The notes below the pieces were generated by a model, which worked only from the letters and a program-made list of their open reading frames with translations, was not told the DNA's origin and made no database searches. The position numbers and the translations under genes are program-made. 44,112 bases of DNA from a virus: UHGV virus genome UHGV-0127376. One strand, given 5' to 3'. Shown piece after piece: positions 9,867-18,857 of this stretch. Positions within the stretch are counted from its first letter, which is position 1, and each line of letters begins with the position of its first letter.

Positions 9867-11722
9867 TGGTATCGGTGAAGACTGCGCGAAGACTGCGCAT
9901 GCTCAACCAGAAACTTACTGGTTATAGTGCGAATCCGCGCAGTATTCCCAAAGAGGAGCGCGAGGATATCGCGATGATGATGGCCGCGGCGCTAAGCGAC
10001 TTCCGGGAATTCGCGTACATCGGTATGCGGTTCCTGGGCTTTACGCTCACGGACATGCAGGCCGACATTGCAGAGTACATGCAGAAGGGCCCCCGGAAGC
10101 GCATGGTGGCCGCGCAGCGTGGTGAGGCTAAGTCTACACTAGCTGCACTGTACGCCGTCTGGAGGCTCATCCAGGACCAATCCTGCCGTATCCTGATTGT
10201 GTCCGGTGCAGAGAAGCAGGCGTCCGACGTAGCGAACTTAATCATTCGTATGATTGAGACATGGCCGCTGCTGTGCTATTTGAAGGCTGATCCTACTCGT
10301 GGGGACCGTACTTCATTCGAAGGTTATGACGTACACTGTGACCTCAAGCCGCTGGAGAAATCCGCCAGCGTAGCCTGTGTAGGTATCACTGCATCCCTGC
10401 AGGGTAAGCGCGCGGACCTGCTGATTCCGGATGATATCGAGACCACCAAGAATGGTTTAACGCAAACCCAGCGTGAGCAGCTGCTGATGATTTCTAAAGA
10501 CTTCGCGGCTATCTGTACGCACGGGGATACGCTGTACCTGGGTACACCACAGACCAAGGACAGTATCTATAAAACCCTGCCGGGACGTGGCTTCGAGGTC
10601 CGCGTGTGGCCCGGGCGCATTCCGTCTGTTGAAATGGAAGAGCGATATGGAAGTACACTTGCTCCTTATATCCTGGAGCTTATTGAGCGCGGCTATAAAC
10701 GCACCGGCTTCGGAGTCGACGGGACGCTAGGCGAGAGCACGGACACCGGGCGCTATGACGAGGATGCGCTGATTGAGAAGGAGCTGGACTTTGGTCCGGA
10801 AGGCTTCCAGCTGCAGTACATGCTCGACACCACCCTGTCCGACCAAATGCGTACGCGCATCAAGCTATCGGATATGCTGGTTTACTCTGGCAGCCAGGAT
10901 TCCTCCCCGGAGACGTTCTCCTACATTGCGGACCGCAGGCACCTGTACCAGCACGAGCATGAGGGGATTATGGGTCAGCAGATGTACTTCCCGGCATTCT
11001 ACGGGGACATGCACCTGCCGTACCAGCATAAGGTACTGGTGGTGGACCCGGCTGGTTGTGGTGGGGACGAAGTGTCCTACGCTGCTGGAGGTGCTGCGAA
11101 CTCGTACATTCACCTATTCTCCGTAGGCGGATTCCAAGGAGGTATCAGCGAAGAGAACATTGATAAACTGATTGACCTGTGTGTAGAGTTGGACATCCCG
11201 GATATGGTGGTGGAGAGCAATATGGGGCACGGTACCGTGTCTATGCTTATCCTGAACCGATTACGTGAGCGGCGTCTCGCCGGTATCGGTGTAAGGGACC
11301 TGAATAACTCCACGCAGAAAGAGCGTCGTATCATCGACACAATCAGCCCAGTTACTCGTCGCCATCGCCTGATAGTGCATGAGCGTGCTATTCACGACGA
11401 TATCAGTACCTGTATGGCATATTCCCGCGATAGGCGTTGGCTGTACTCTGCGTTCGCGCAGTTGTCCGGTATCACGTACGACCGCGGTAGCCTTGCGAAG
11501 GATGACCGGGCAGACGCAATCGCCATGATGGTGGCTACGCTGAATGGGCATCTGGTGGAAGATGAGAAAGTGGTGGCTGAGCGTGAGTCTGAGAAGATGG
11601 CTCGGGCCTTCATTGAGAACCCACTGGATTGGGCACAGAGCAAAGTGTCTAAGGGCCTTCGTGGTGTAGCTGCTCGGCTACATAACCGGGGCAGAGGTAA
11701 ACAACATAGAGGAAGAAGATAA
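9866..11722 (+). CDS. Terminase large subunit (DNA maturase B)
   Basis: 618 aa; size and position as T7 gp19; ATPase/nuclease-type acidic motifs (LIPDDIETT, VVDPAGCGGDE). Confidence 0.8.
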   Translation: MVSVKTARRLRMLNQKLTGYSANPRSIPKEEREDIAMMMAAALSDFREFAYIGMRFLGFTLTDMQADIAEYMQKGPRKRMVAAQRGEAKSTLAALYAVWRLIQDQSCRILIVSGAEKQASDVANLIIRMIETWPLLCYLKADPTRGDRTSFEGYDVHCDLKPLEKSASVACVGITASLQGKRADLLIPDDIETTKNGLTQTQREQLLMISKDFAAICTHGDTLYLGTPQTKDSIYKTLPGRGFEVRVWPGRIPSVEMEERYGSTLAPYILELIERGYKRTGFGVDGTLGESTDTGRYDEDALIEKELDFGPEGFQLQYMLDTTLSDQMRTRIKLSDMLVYSGSQDSSPETFSYIADRRHLYQHEHEGIMGQQMYFPAFYGDMHLPYQHKVLVVDPAGCGGDEVSYAAGGAANSYIHLFSVGGFQGGISEENIDKLIDLCVELDIPDMVVESNMGHGTVSMLILNRLRERRLAGIGVRDLNNSTQKERRIIDTISPVTRRHRLIVHERAIHDDISTCMAYSRDRRWLYSAFAQLSGITYDRGSLAKDDRADAIAMMVATLNGHLVEDEKVVAERESEKMARAFIENPLDWAQSKVSKGLRGVAARLHNRGRGKQHRGRR

Positions 11723-12096
11723 TGGCATCAATCATCGCAGCTAAAACTGCGGACGTCCAGTACGCCATTGTAGGCACGTGCCAGAACCTGGAGAAGCAGG
11801 TGCAGCCGGACTACAACGTAGGCTTCGTAGGTACGACTGCCCTGACTAAGCTGAACGCGTTCTTCACGTACATGCAGTCCCAGGGCTATACGGCTACCCG
11901 TGCCGGTACAGCCTTTAAGGATGACGGTACGCTGCAGGCGCGCCTGTTCAGCATGCTGTCACAGCTCTCTAAGACCGGCTACGTTGCCCTTACAGGTACA
12001 GGTATGCCGCTCGGTGAGGGCTCCGGTACAGCGTTTGATGATTCGTTCACTGCACTGCAGAGTGCATTCGTAGCCGCCACTGATGCGGCAGAATAA
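11722..12096 (+). CDS. Hypothetical protein
   Basis: 124 aa ORF with SD AGAGGAAG, start overlaps terminase stop. Confidence 0.5.
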   Translation: MASIIAAKTADVQYAIVGTCQNLEKQVQPDYNVGFVGTTALTKLNAFFTYMQSQGYTATRAGTAFKDDGTLQARLFSMLSQLSKTGYVALTGTGMPLGEGSGTAFDDSFTALQSAFVAATDAAE

Positions 12097-12107
12097 GGAG
12101 AGTACAC

Positions 12108-12290
12108 ATGGCAATTGCAAAAGCAACCTCAGCGCAACAGCAGGAGCTGTTGCGTCAGCTGAACATTCTCGGTAAGGACCTGTATGCTATCCTTACGCAG
12201 CCGCAGAACGTGGCCCAGACTGGTGCTGCCTTCGATACCAAGATTGCTGCGCTTGAAGCCGCGGTGGCCGCAGTGGAGGCTGCTAGCTAA
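12108..12290 (+). CDS. Hypothetical small protein
   Basis: 60 aa ORF with SD AAGGAGAG; Ala/Gln-rich. Confidence 0.4.
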   Translation: MAIAKATSAQQQELLRQLNILGKDLYAILTQPQNVAQTGAAFDTKIAALEAAVAAVEAAS

Positions 12291-12694
12291 TGCGTAAACT
12301 GGTCGCTGGGTTGCTGCTCGCGGTTACTCTGACTGGTTGCTCGGCGACCTCTGCACTCACCGGCTTAGTTGGTTCTAAGCCGGATGTATCTGCTCAGGTT
12401 GGTGCCGAGAACACCAAACAAACCGTTGGCTTGAATAACAAGGTGGACTCCAGCACCACCAACAAAACTGATGTACAGGATTCTAACGTAGGCACTTTGG
12501 ACACGTCCAGTAAGAAGCAGGTGCAAACTATTAGCACCGGGACAATCCAGGCAGAACGCCTGCAGGTGGTTAACAATGATAGTTACAGTCTTATCCTCGC
12601 CGGATTAGCTGGGGCCAGTATTCCTCTGGTCTTCCTAGTGGTCATTCTGGTGATTCGTAAGCTGTTCAGGAAGAAGGGGCAGCAGGATGATTAA
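12290..12694 (+). CDS. Putative unimolecular spanin (lipoprotein with C-terminal transmembrane helix)
   Basis: N-terminal lipobox LTGC after signal-like hydrophobic stretch; C-terminal TM segment LILAGLAGASIPLVFLVVILVI followed by basic residues; sits in lysis cassette. Confidence 0.55.
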   Translation: MRKLVAGLLLAVTLTGCSATSALTGLVGSKPDVSAQVGAENTKQTVGLNNKVDSSTTNKTDVQDSNVGTLDTSSKKQVQTISTGTIQAERLQVVNNDSYSLILAGLAGASIPLVFLVVILVIRKLFRKKGQQDD

Positions 12695-12938
12695 GGTGGG
12701 AGACATGGTTGGAGCAGACCTCGCTACCCGGGCAGGTGCAGCAGTTACCGGCGCTACGGTATCAGGAGGTTGGTTGGCAGAGTTAATGAGCTGGAACTGG
12801 AGCACTATCAGCTTCATCACTGCGACTATGTGCGCAGTGCTAACCCTGGCGTGGAATGCGTATTACAAGCGACGTACATTCAAGCTCCTAGAAGAGCAGG
12901 CGCGTAAGGGGACTATTAAATATGAGTTTAAGGACTAA
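12687..12938 (+). CDS. Putative holin (pinholin-like)
   Basis: 83 aa; Gly/Ala-rich weakly hydrophobic segment followed by a clear TM helix (WSTISFITATMCAVLTLAW) and charged C-terminus; immediately upstream of SAR endolysin. Confidence 0.5.
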   Translation: MIKVGDMVGADLATRAGAAVTGATVSGGWLAELMSWNWSTISFITATMCAVLTLAWNAYYKRRTFKLLEEQARKGTIKYEFKD

Positions 12939-13530
12939 GGTTATTGCGGCCCTCACGGGGGCCACTATGCTGGGTGGTGCTATTACCGGGGTGGTTCAGC
13001 ACAACGAGGGATTGAGCCTTACCGCCTATAAGGATAGTGCCGGTGTCCCTACAATCTGCTACGGGGAGACAAAGGGCGTCAAGATGGGCCAGAGAGCCAC
13101 GCTGAGCGATTGTCAGAAGCAACTGATAGAATCAGCAGGGGCACATGCAAAGGCTCTTGACGGGCTTCCTATGCAGCTCTCTGACGTAGCTCTGGTTGGG
13201 TCTGTAGACTTCATTTATAACGTAGGCGTAGCTGGCTTCAACGGCAGTGCTGTGAAGCGGCACCTCAAAAGCCTGAATTACGCAGAAGCTGGAAAGGCCG
13301 TACTGGACTGGCGCTATATTAGCAAGTATCAGCAGAAATCCCCGGGCATCGGTTGGGTGTACAAGGGCAGCAACCGCTGGACCTTCGACTGCTCTCAGTA
13401 TATTAACGGGCAGCGCAATAAAGTGTGCTGGGGCCTATGGGAGCGCAGACAGTGGCAGAGCAAGGCCATTGGGAATCAGTATAAGAATGTAAATGCTGCA
13501 GTGGCAGCCCTTACTAAGACCGGAGGATAA
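12922..13530 (+). CDS. SAR endolysin (GH24 lysozyme family)
   Basis: N-terminal Gly/Ala-rich signal-anchor-release segment (VIAALTGATMLGGAITGVV) followed by E-x8-D-x5-T catalytic spacing in NEGLSLTAYKDSAGVPTICYGET, as in T4/P21-type lysozymes. Confidence 0.8.
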   Translation: MSLRTKVIAALTGATMLGGAITGVVQHNEGLSLTAYKDSAGVPTICYGETKGVKMGQRATLSDCQKQLIESAGAHAKALDGLPMQLSDVALVGSVDFIYNVGVAGFNGSAVKRHLKSLNYAEAGKAVLDWRYISKYQQKSPGIGWVYKGSNRWTFDCSQYINGQRNKVCWGLWERRQWQSKAIGNQYKNVNAAVAALTKTGG

Positions 13531-15486
13531 ATGGCGTTAATTAGATTAGTAGCTCCAGAGCGGGTATTCTCCGACTTGGCGAGCATGGTAGCATATCCAA
13601 ACTTTCAGGTACAGGACAAGATTATCCTGCTGGGCAGCGCCGGTGGGGACTTCACCTTTACTACTGCCGCGTCGGTAGTGGATAACGGAACTGTGTTTGC
13701 TGTACCTGGTGGGTATCTACTCCGTAAATTCGTGGGTCCGGCATACAGCTCCTGGTTCAGCAATTGGGCGGGCATAGTAACGTTCATGAGCGCACCTAAT
13801 AGGCACCTGGTTGTGGACACAGTCCTGCAGGCCACGAGTGTGCTCAACATCAAAAGCAACTCTACGCTGGAGTTTACTGATACCGGAAGAATCCTGCCGG
13901 ATGCCTCGGTTGCACGTCAAGTGCTTAACATTATCGGCTCGGCACCCTCGGCATTCGTCCCGTTAGCGGCGGATGCCACAGCGGGCAGCAAAGTCATTAC
14001 GGTGGCTGCCGGGGCTTTGTCTGCGGTAAAAGGTACGTACTTGTATCTTCGCTCTAACAAGCTGTGTGATGGTGGTCCTAACACCTACGGTGTAAAGATT
14101 TCCCAGATTAGGAAAGTGGTGGGGGTTAGCACCTCCGGTGGCGTCACCAGTATTCGGCTGGATAAAGCGCTGCACTATAACTACTACCTGTCTGATGCCG
14201 CGGAAGTAGGTATCCCGACAATGGTGGAGAACGTAACCTTAGTATCCCCGTACATCAACGAGTTCGGCTACGACGATTTGAACCGGTTCTTTACTATCGG
14301 TATCTCTGCCAACTTTGCCGCGGACTTGCACATCCAGGACGGGGTTATTATTGGCAACAAACGCCCCGGGGCTTCTGATATAGAAGGGCGTAGTGCTATC
14401 AAGTTCAATAACTGCGTAGATAGTACCGTTAAGGGTACGTGCTTCTACAACATCGGATGGTACGGGGTAGAGGTGCTCGGCTGCTCAGAGGACACGGAAG
14501 TACACGATATCCACGCCATGGACGTACGCCACGCAATCTCTCTGAACTGGCAGAGCACTGCAGACGGGGACAAGTGGGGAGAGCCTATCGAGTTCTTAGG
14601 CGTTAACTGCGAAGCCTACAGCACAACCCATGCCGGGTTTGATACTCACGACATTGGTAAGCGTGTGAAGTTCGTTCGCTGCGTTTCATACGACAGTGCT
14701 GACGATGGGTTCCAAGCGCGCACTAACGGGGTAGAGTACTTGAACTGTCGAGCTTACCGCGCAGCATTTGATGGGTTCGCCTCCAACACCGGTGTAGGCT
14801 TCCCTATCTATAGAGAGTGCTTAGCTTATGACAACGTACGCTCTGGCTTTAACTGTTCGTACGGTGGTGGCTACGTTTATGACTGTGAGGCTCACGGTAG
14901 CCAGAACGGTGTCCGCACCAACGGGGGTTGTGTTAAAGGCGGTCGGTACACTCGCAACTCCAGCTCTCACATCTTCGTCACTAAGGATGTAGCTGAGACG
15001 GCGCAGACGTCCCTGGAGATTGATGGCGTGAGCATGCGCTACGACGGTACCGGAAGAGCTGTGTACTTCCACGGGACTATGGGCATTAACCCTACCATGG
15101 TATCTATGTCCAATAATGACATGACCGGTCACGGCTTGTCCTGGGCATTACTGAGTGGCTACACTGTTCAACCTACGCCTCCGCGCATGTCCAGGAACTT
15201 ACTGGATGACACAGGTATCCGTGGAGTGGCAACGCTGGTTGCTGGCGAGGCTACAGTCAACGCCCGTGTACGCGGAAACTTTGGCAGCGTAGCTAACTCC
15301 TTCAAGTGGGTGTCTGAGGTCAAGTTGACGCGGTTAACCTTTCCTTCTAGTGCTGGGGCCTTGACGGTTACTGGCGTAGCACAGAACCAGGATGTACCTA
15401 CACCTAATCCGGACCTAAACAGCTTCGTGATTAGGAGTAGTAACGCAGCGGATGTATCCCAGGTAGCCTGGGAGGTGTATCTCTAA
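13531..15486 (+). CDS. Tailspike protein, probable polysaccharide depolymerase
   Basis: 651 aa ORF at the end of the late region after the lysis genes; sequence rich in repetitive G/N/D/T segments typical of beta-helix tailspikes; no T7 gp17-type N-terminus, consistent with docking to the adaptor at 8595..9551. Confidence 0.6.
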   Translation: MALIRLVAPERVFSDLASMVAYPNFQVQDKIILLGSAGGDFTFTTAASVVDNGTVFAVPGGYLLRKFVGPAYSSWFSNWAGIVTFMSAPNRHLVVDTVLQATSVLNIKSNSTLEFTDTGRILPDASVARQVLNIIGSAPSAFVPLAADATAGSKVITVAAGALSAVKGTYLYLRSNKLCDGGPNTYGVKISQIRKVVGVSTSGGVTSIRLDKALHYNYYLSDAAEVGIPTMVENVTLVSPYINEFGYDDLNRFFTIGISANFAADLHIQDGVIIGNKRPGASDIEGRSAIKFNNCVDSTVKGTCFYNIGWYGVEVLGCSEDTEVHDIHAMDVRHAISLNWQSTADGDKWGEPIEFLGVNCEAYSTTHAGFDTHDIGKRVKFVRCVSYDSADDGFQARTNGVEYLNCRAYRAAFDGFASNTGVGFPIYRECLAYDNVRSGFNCSYGGGYVYDCEAHGSQNGVRTNGGCVKGGRYTRNSSSHIFVTKDVAETAQTSLEIDGVSMRYDGTGRAVYFHGTMGINPTMVSMSNNDMTGHGLSWALLSGYTVQPTPPRMSRNLLDDTGIRGVATLVAGEATVNARVRGNFGSVANSFKWVSEVKLTRLTFPSSAGALTVTGVAQNQDVPTPNPDLNSFVIRSSNAADVSQVAWEVYL

Positions 15487-15582
15487 GTAGCTCCCTGGGG
15501 TATCTCTATGGTATCCCGGGGCACTACTTGGGGTGCACGTCTATACCTGGACCTGAAATTTATTAGACTTTAAAATGAGGAT

Positions 15583-16044
15583 ATGTCTATGAACATCAAA
15601 TATGACACAACATCCCCTAGCTGCTTGGTGTGGCTCAAGGGTAGGCGCTCCGGTGCTCCAGCGGGTACCCGCAACACTCGTGGCTACTGGGTGGTACAGG
15701 TATCTGGTAGAAAGATACAGGCACACCGCCTCATCTGGGAACTACACAACGGGCCTATTCCAGACGGATATGTGGTGGACCACATCAACCAAAACCCCGG
15801 TGACAACAGATTAGAGAACCTGCGCTTAGCTACGGTTAGCGAAAACAACTGTAACGCACGCAGGTCTAAGCGGGAACATCCTAGGGGTGTATACTACACT
15901 GGCACCTGCTGGCGCGGGGAGTTCTGGAAGGACGGTAAGCGTTACATGAAGAAGCACAGCTCCTACGAAGTTATCTGCAAGTGGGTACTAGAGAAACGTC
16001 AAGAGCAACACAAGGCCTTCACCCCGGGGCAGGTGTATATCTGA
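15583..16044 (+). CDS. HNH homing endonuclease
   Basis: Motif VDHINQNPGDNRLENLRLATVSENNCN (HNH_3/AP2-type); free-standing between tailspike and repeat region. Confidence 0.8.
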   Translation: MSMNIKYDTTSPSCLVWLKGRRSGAPAGTRNTRGYWVVQVSGRKIQAHRLIWELHNGPIPDGYVVDHINQNPGDNRLENLRLATVSENNCNARRSKREHPRGVYYTGTCWRGEFWKDGKRYMKKHSSYEVICKWVLEKRQEQHKAFTPGQVYI

Positions 16045-16405
16045 AACCAAAAATTATTATACTCGCCCTTGAGCCTCCCTCACCCTCAACGACGCCAATT
16101 GCCCCCATAGGGGGTGCCTAGCGCATAAAAGGAGGGGTGGGGTGGGTGCCTAGACGTCTAGACGGCCCTAGGGCGCTCTCTGAGGTGTGGAGCGCCACGG
16201 CAGCTAAGACCGTGGCTATAGCGGAAGCCTCAGAGGGCCTCAGTGGCTCCCTGCGCTGCGCTGGGGCTATCGCTAGTGCTGCCCCACGGCTTGGCCTGTG
16301 CGTGGCACTGAGTGGCTCCTGTGCGCTCTACGGGGCACTAGGGGCTATCCCTGTGCGCTCCCTGTGGGCCATAGGGGTGCGCTCTGCCTTGCTTATTTTG
16401 CGCGT

Positions 16406-16462
16406 CCATAGTGGGCCCGCCTAGTGCCTGCATTGTGGGGCCATAGTGGGCCTGCCTAGTGC
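16406..16462. repeat. Two 22-bp direct repeats CCATAGTGGGCC(C/T)GCCTAGTGC (16406..16427, 16441..16462) with degenerate copies at 16105..16124 and about 16369..16388
   Basis: Read directly from sequence; part of an 822-bp non-coding, repeat-rich zone 16045..16866. Confidence 0.6.
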
Positions 16463-16658
16463 GCTGTAGTGCGTCACGGTGCTATCCCTAGTATGCACTA
16501 GGCTATCCACTGGCTATCCCTAGTGCTTTACATTGTGCCGATTATATGCTACGCTGCGCGCTCCCCACTAGGGCGCACATCCTCACCCAACACTATCCCG
16601 GCGCTATCTCTTTGCTATCCCTTTGCTCTTACTTTCATTCGAAAGCTGTCATGAAATG

Positions 16659-16675
16659 ATGTTACAGGAGTAGGA
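16659..16675 (+). promoter_or_regulatory. Copy 2 of exact 17-mer ATGTTACAGGAGTAGGA (candidate phage-RNAP promoter or other regulatory site)
   Basis: Identical 17-mer also at 5640..5656 and 37846..37862. Confidence 0.3.
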
Positions 16676-16866
16676 GGGTTTTAGGGCACTATATACACAC
16701 TACTTACTACTACTCACTAGTAGTCACTAGTATCCCCTAGTAATGCCCTGTATGACTGACCGTAGGGAGGGAAGCATTACCTAGAATCTTGTAACCTCCG
16801 CTCCTATCCCTCCGGGATATCGTCGCTATGGTTACGCTACTAATCACTATGTAAGGAGATATTGTT

Positions 16867-17283
16867 GTGGCTAGAACATTTAAGATTGTGGTTGATAAGG
16901 AAGGTTATCCAGTGATTAATGGTGCTGGGCCTGAGTATGTGAATAAGCGAGGTAAGAGAGACTATAAGACTGTGGCGCTGCATAGGGCCGTGGTTATGGA
17001 TGCTCTGGGAATCACTAGCTACGGTTCTGGCTATCACGTACATCACTGTGACAGTAACCGCCTTAACTGTGACTTCAATAACCTGATACTGGTTAGCGCT
17101 GACACTCACCGGGCCATACACTTAGCACAGATTCAGGAAGGGAGATGCTTCACAAAGGATGAGTTATTGGCTAGTCCTGAGTACGATACTAACTGGCGAG
17201 AGTTCGACGTGACTTATGGGGACTACAATAGTTTACTGCACGCAGACCTTTGGGGGTCTGCTTACTCTTTTTGCTCCCAGTGA
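16867..17283 (+). CDS. HNH endonuclease
   Basis: Motif YHVHHCDSNRLNCDFNNLILVSADTHRAIH; GTG start with SD AAGGAG 9 nt upstream. Confidence 0.75.
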   Translation: MARTFKIVVDKEGYPVINGAGPEYVNKRGKRDYKTVALHRAVVMDALGITSYGSGYHVHHCDSNRLNCDFNNLILVSADTHRAIHLAQIQEGRCFTKDELLASPEYDTNWREFDVTYGDYNSLLHADLWGSAYSFCSQ

Positions 17284-17303
17284 TAAAAAGTTTAAAAAAG
17301 TAC

Positions 17304-17333
17304 TTGCTTCTTTTGGTTCAATAGGGCTATAGT
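17304..17333 (+). promoter_or_regulatory. sigma70-like promoter (TTGCTT -18- TATAGT) with A/T-rich upstream element
   Basis: -35 17304..17309, -10 17328..17333; upstream AAAAAGTTTAAAAAAG. Confidence 0.35.
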
Positions 17334-17435
17334 TCAATCACCGGGAGGCACTGAGGCGCTAACCGGGGCAGAGTCGGGAGATTCAGCCGGATTAAAGCTA
17401 GATAGTGTGAAGGGTTAGACACTCAATAAAAAGAG

Positions 17436-17464
17436 TTGACACCGCGAAGAACATAAGCTAGATT
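17436..17464 (+). promoter_or_regulatory. sigma70-like promoter (TTGACA -17- TAGATT)
   Basis: Consensus -35 at 17436..17441, 17-nt spacer, -10 at 17459..17464; A-rich upstream. Confidence 0.5.
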
Positions 17465-17504
17465 GAATCCCGAAGTAAGCAGTAAGGCAGTAAGAAATAA
17501 ACGC

Positions 17505-17533
17505 TTGACAAGTTCTGATTCACTGAGTAACTT
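17505..17533 (+). promoter_or_regulatory. sigma70-like promoter (TTGACA -17- TAACTT), weaker -10
   Basis: Consensus -35 at 17505..17510; -10 match only 3/6. Confidence 0.3.
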
Positions 17534-17883
17534 AGATAGCGAACAAGGCAAGGATAACCACTCTAGGGCGCAAGGATGTGTGTCCCGTCGGATTAGGCTA
17601 GACGTTAAAAATGACCTCTTAAAGGTTTAGTAGTAAGCTGGTTTGCGGGGAGGCCCAGTACCTTGACTGGTACGTTGACGACCCACCCCTAGACAATCAG
17701 TTAAAGAGTAAACGTGCCGGACGTTATCACCGGGGTTCTGAGACAAACCACACTGTCGAGGCGAGAGCAGCTCGCTCCTCTGAATCGAGGGAACAAGGCG
17801 CGGAGTGTATCCCGCAAAGAGCATATAACATAGCGCAGCAGTAACAAGGTTGCGCTAGATTATGTTCTCTGAGAGGTAAGAGT

Positions 17884-18081
17884 ATGCGCAAATCAAAGCG
17901 TTTAGCATTACGGCGGAATATGCAATTATCACTGAATCCCACCGACGACGTGCCGCTTACTGTGAAGCCTAGCAAACAAGGGTTGAGCAGTGAGCACAGG
18001 GTGAGGGGAAAGCAAAAACAAAAGGGCAGTAGCAGGCAGCCATCTGGATGGCCTACTGTTAACTCCCAATTTGGTCGATAA
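17884..18081 (+). CDS. Possible first early ORF (basic, low-complexity 65 aa)
   Basis: ATG with SD AGAGG upstream, downstream of the promoter cluster; composition unusual so coding status uncertain. Confidence 0.3.
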   Translation: MRKSKRLALRRNMQLSLNPTDDVPLTVKPSKQGLSSEHRVRGKQKQKGSSRQPSGWPTVNSQFGR

Positions 18082-18085
18082 TTAC

Positions 18086-18117
18086 AGCCTATAGCATCCT
18101 ACGGGGTGCTATGTGAA
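18086..18117 (+). promoter_or_regulatory. Conserved 32-bp hairpin element, copy 1 (stem 18091..18099 / 18104..18112)
   Basis: 29/32 identical to 18802..18833; 9-bp stem with 4-nt loop. Confidence 0.4.
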
Positions 18118-18152
18118 GTAATTACCTAAACAACCAATCAAAGAGGTGCATT

Positions 18153-18728
18153 ATGACCCATTCAACTGGTAAAGTATTCAAGCTCACCGCTGCGGGCAGC
18201 ATTCGTAAAGCGCTGGGCGACGTAGTGGAAGCAAAGCGCAACATCACTATTAGCGCGCTCTTCCACGGCCTGATTAGCAGCAACGTTTCCTGGGCTATGG
18301 ATATGCAGCGCAGCGATGCCGCGGACTTCGATATGGTGCTGCGTACGCTGCTGCCTATCAAGTTCAACAAGGAGTCCGGCAAATACGAATTCAACGCGAA
18401 GAAGTGCTATGCGTCTGCTGAGAAGCTGGGCATCGAACTGGACACTATGCGTCTGGACTATAAACAAGCTGACAAGCAGGAGCGCGAAGTAATTGTAGCC
18501 AGCTTCTATAGCTCCTGTATGGCCCTGTACGCTGCCGAAGCGGAGCAGGTAAAGAATGACGCGCTGGATGCCGATGCAGTGCGCTTGCAAGCGCTGGGGC
18601 GCGTTAAAAACGCTATCAAGAAGGCAAAAGAGACTGGTGTAAGCGACGCTGACCTCGTGTCTATGCTGGTATCGCAGGGCGTGGATGTACGCGCTGTACT
18701 GGACGCAACTTTGAAGGCGGCGGCATGA
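18153..18728 (+). CDS. Early protein, unknown function
   Basis: 191 aa, SD AAAGAGGTG upstream; flanked by the two hairpin elements. Confidence 0.6.
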   Translation: MTHSTGKVFKLTAAGSIRKALGDVVEAKRNITISALFHGLISSNVSWAMDMQRSDAADFDMVLRTLLPIKFNKESGKYEFNAKKCYASAEKLGIELDTMRLDYKQADKQEREVIVASFYSSCMALYAAEAEQVKNDALDADAVRLQALGRVKNAIKKAKETGVSDADLVSMLVSQGVDVRAVLDATLKAAA

Positions 18729-18796
18729 GCGTAGAATTCATGGTTATCATAACGGCGGTGGTGCTGTTATTTGTAGTGGTGGGCGAATATCTCTAG
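18725..18796 (+). CDS. Possible 23-aa hydrophobic peptide (MSVEFMVIITAVVLLFVVVGEYL)
   Basis: ATGA overlap with upstream stop (translational coupling); single TM-like helix; too short for the ORF track. Confidence 0.3.
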   Translation: MSVEFMVIITAVVLLFVVVGEYL

Positions 18797-18801
18797 TAGC
18801 A

Positions 18802-18833
18802 AGCCTATAGCGTCCTGCGGGGCGCTATGTGAA
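18802..18833 (+). promoter_or_regulatory. Conserved 32-bp hairpin element, copy 2 (stem 18807..18815 / 18820..18828)
   Basis: A-T pair in copy 1 replaced by G-C pair here (compensatory change). Confidence 0.4.
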
Positions 18834-18857
18834 TGCAACTGGCGTATGAGGTTTCAT

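Noticed and set aside
16137-16424. 95-aa plus-strand ORF inside the repeat-rich zone
   Set aside because: Composed of repeats (Ala/Gly/Leu-rich), no ribosome-binding site; more likely non-coding terminal sequence.
16045-16866. Possible CRISPR array
   Set aside because: Repeats are degenerate, of varying length and irregular spacing; no repeat-spacer periodicity and no cas genes.
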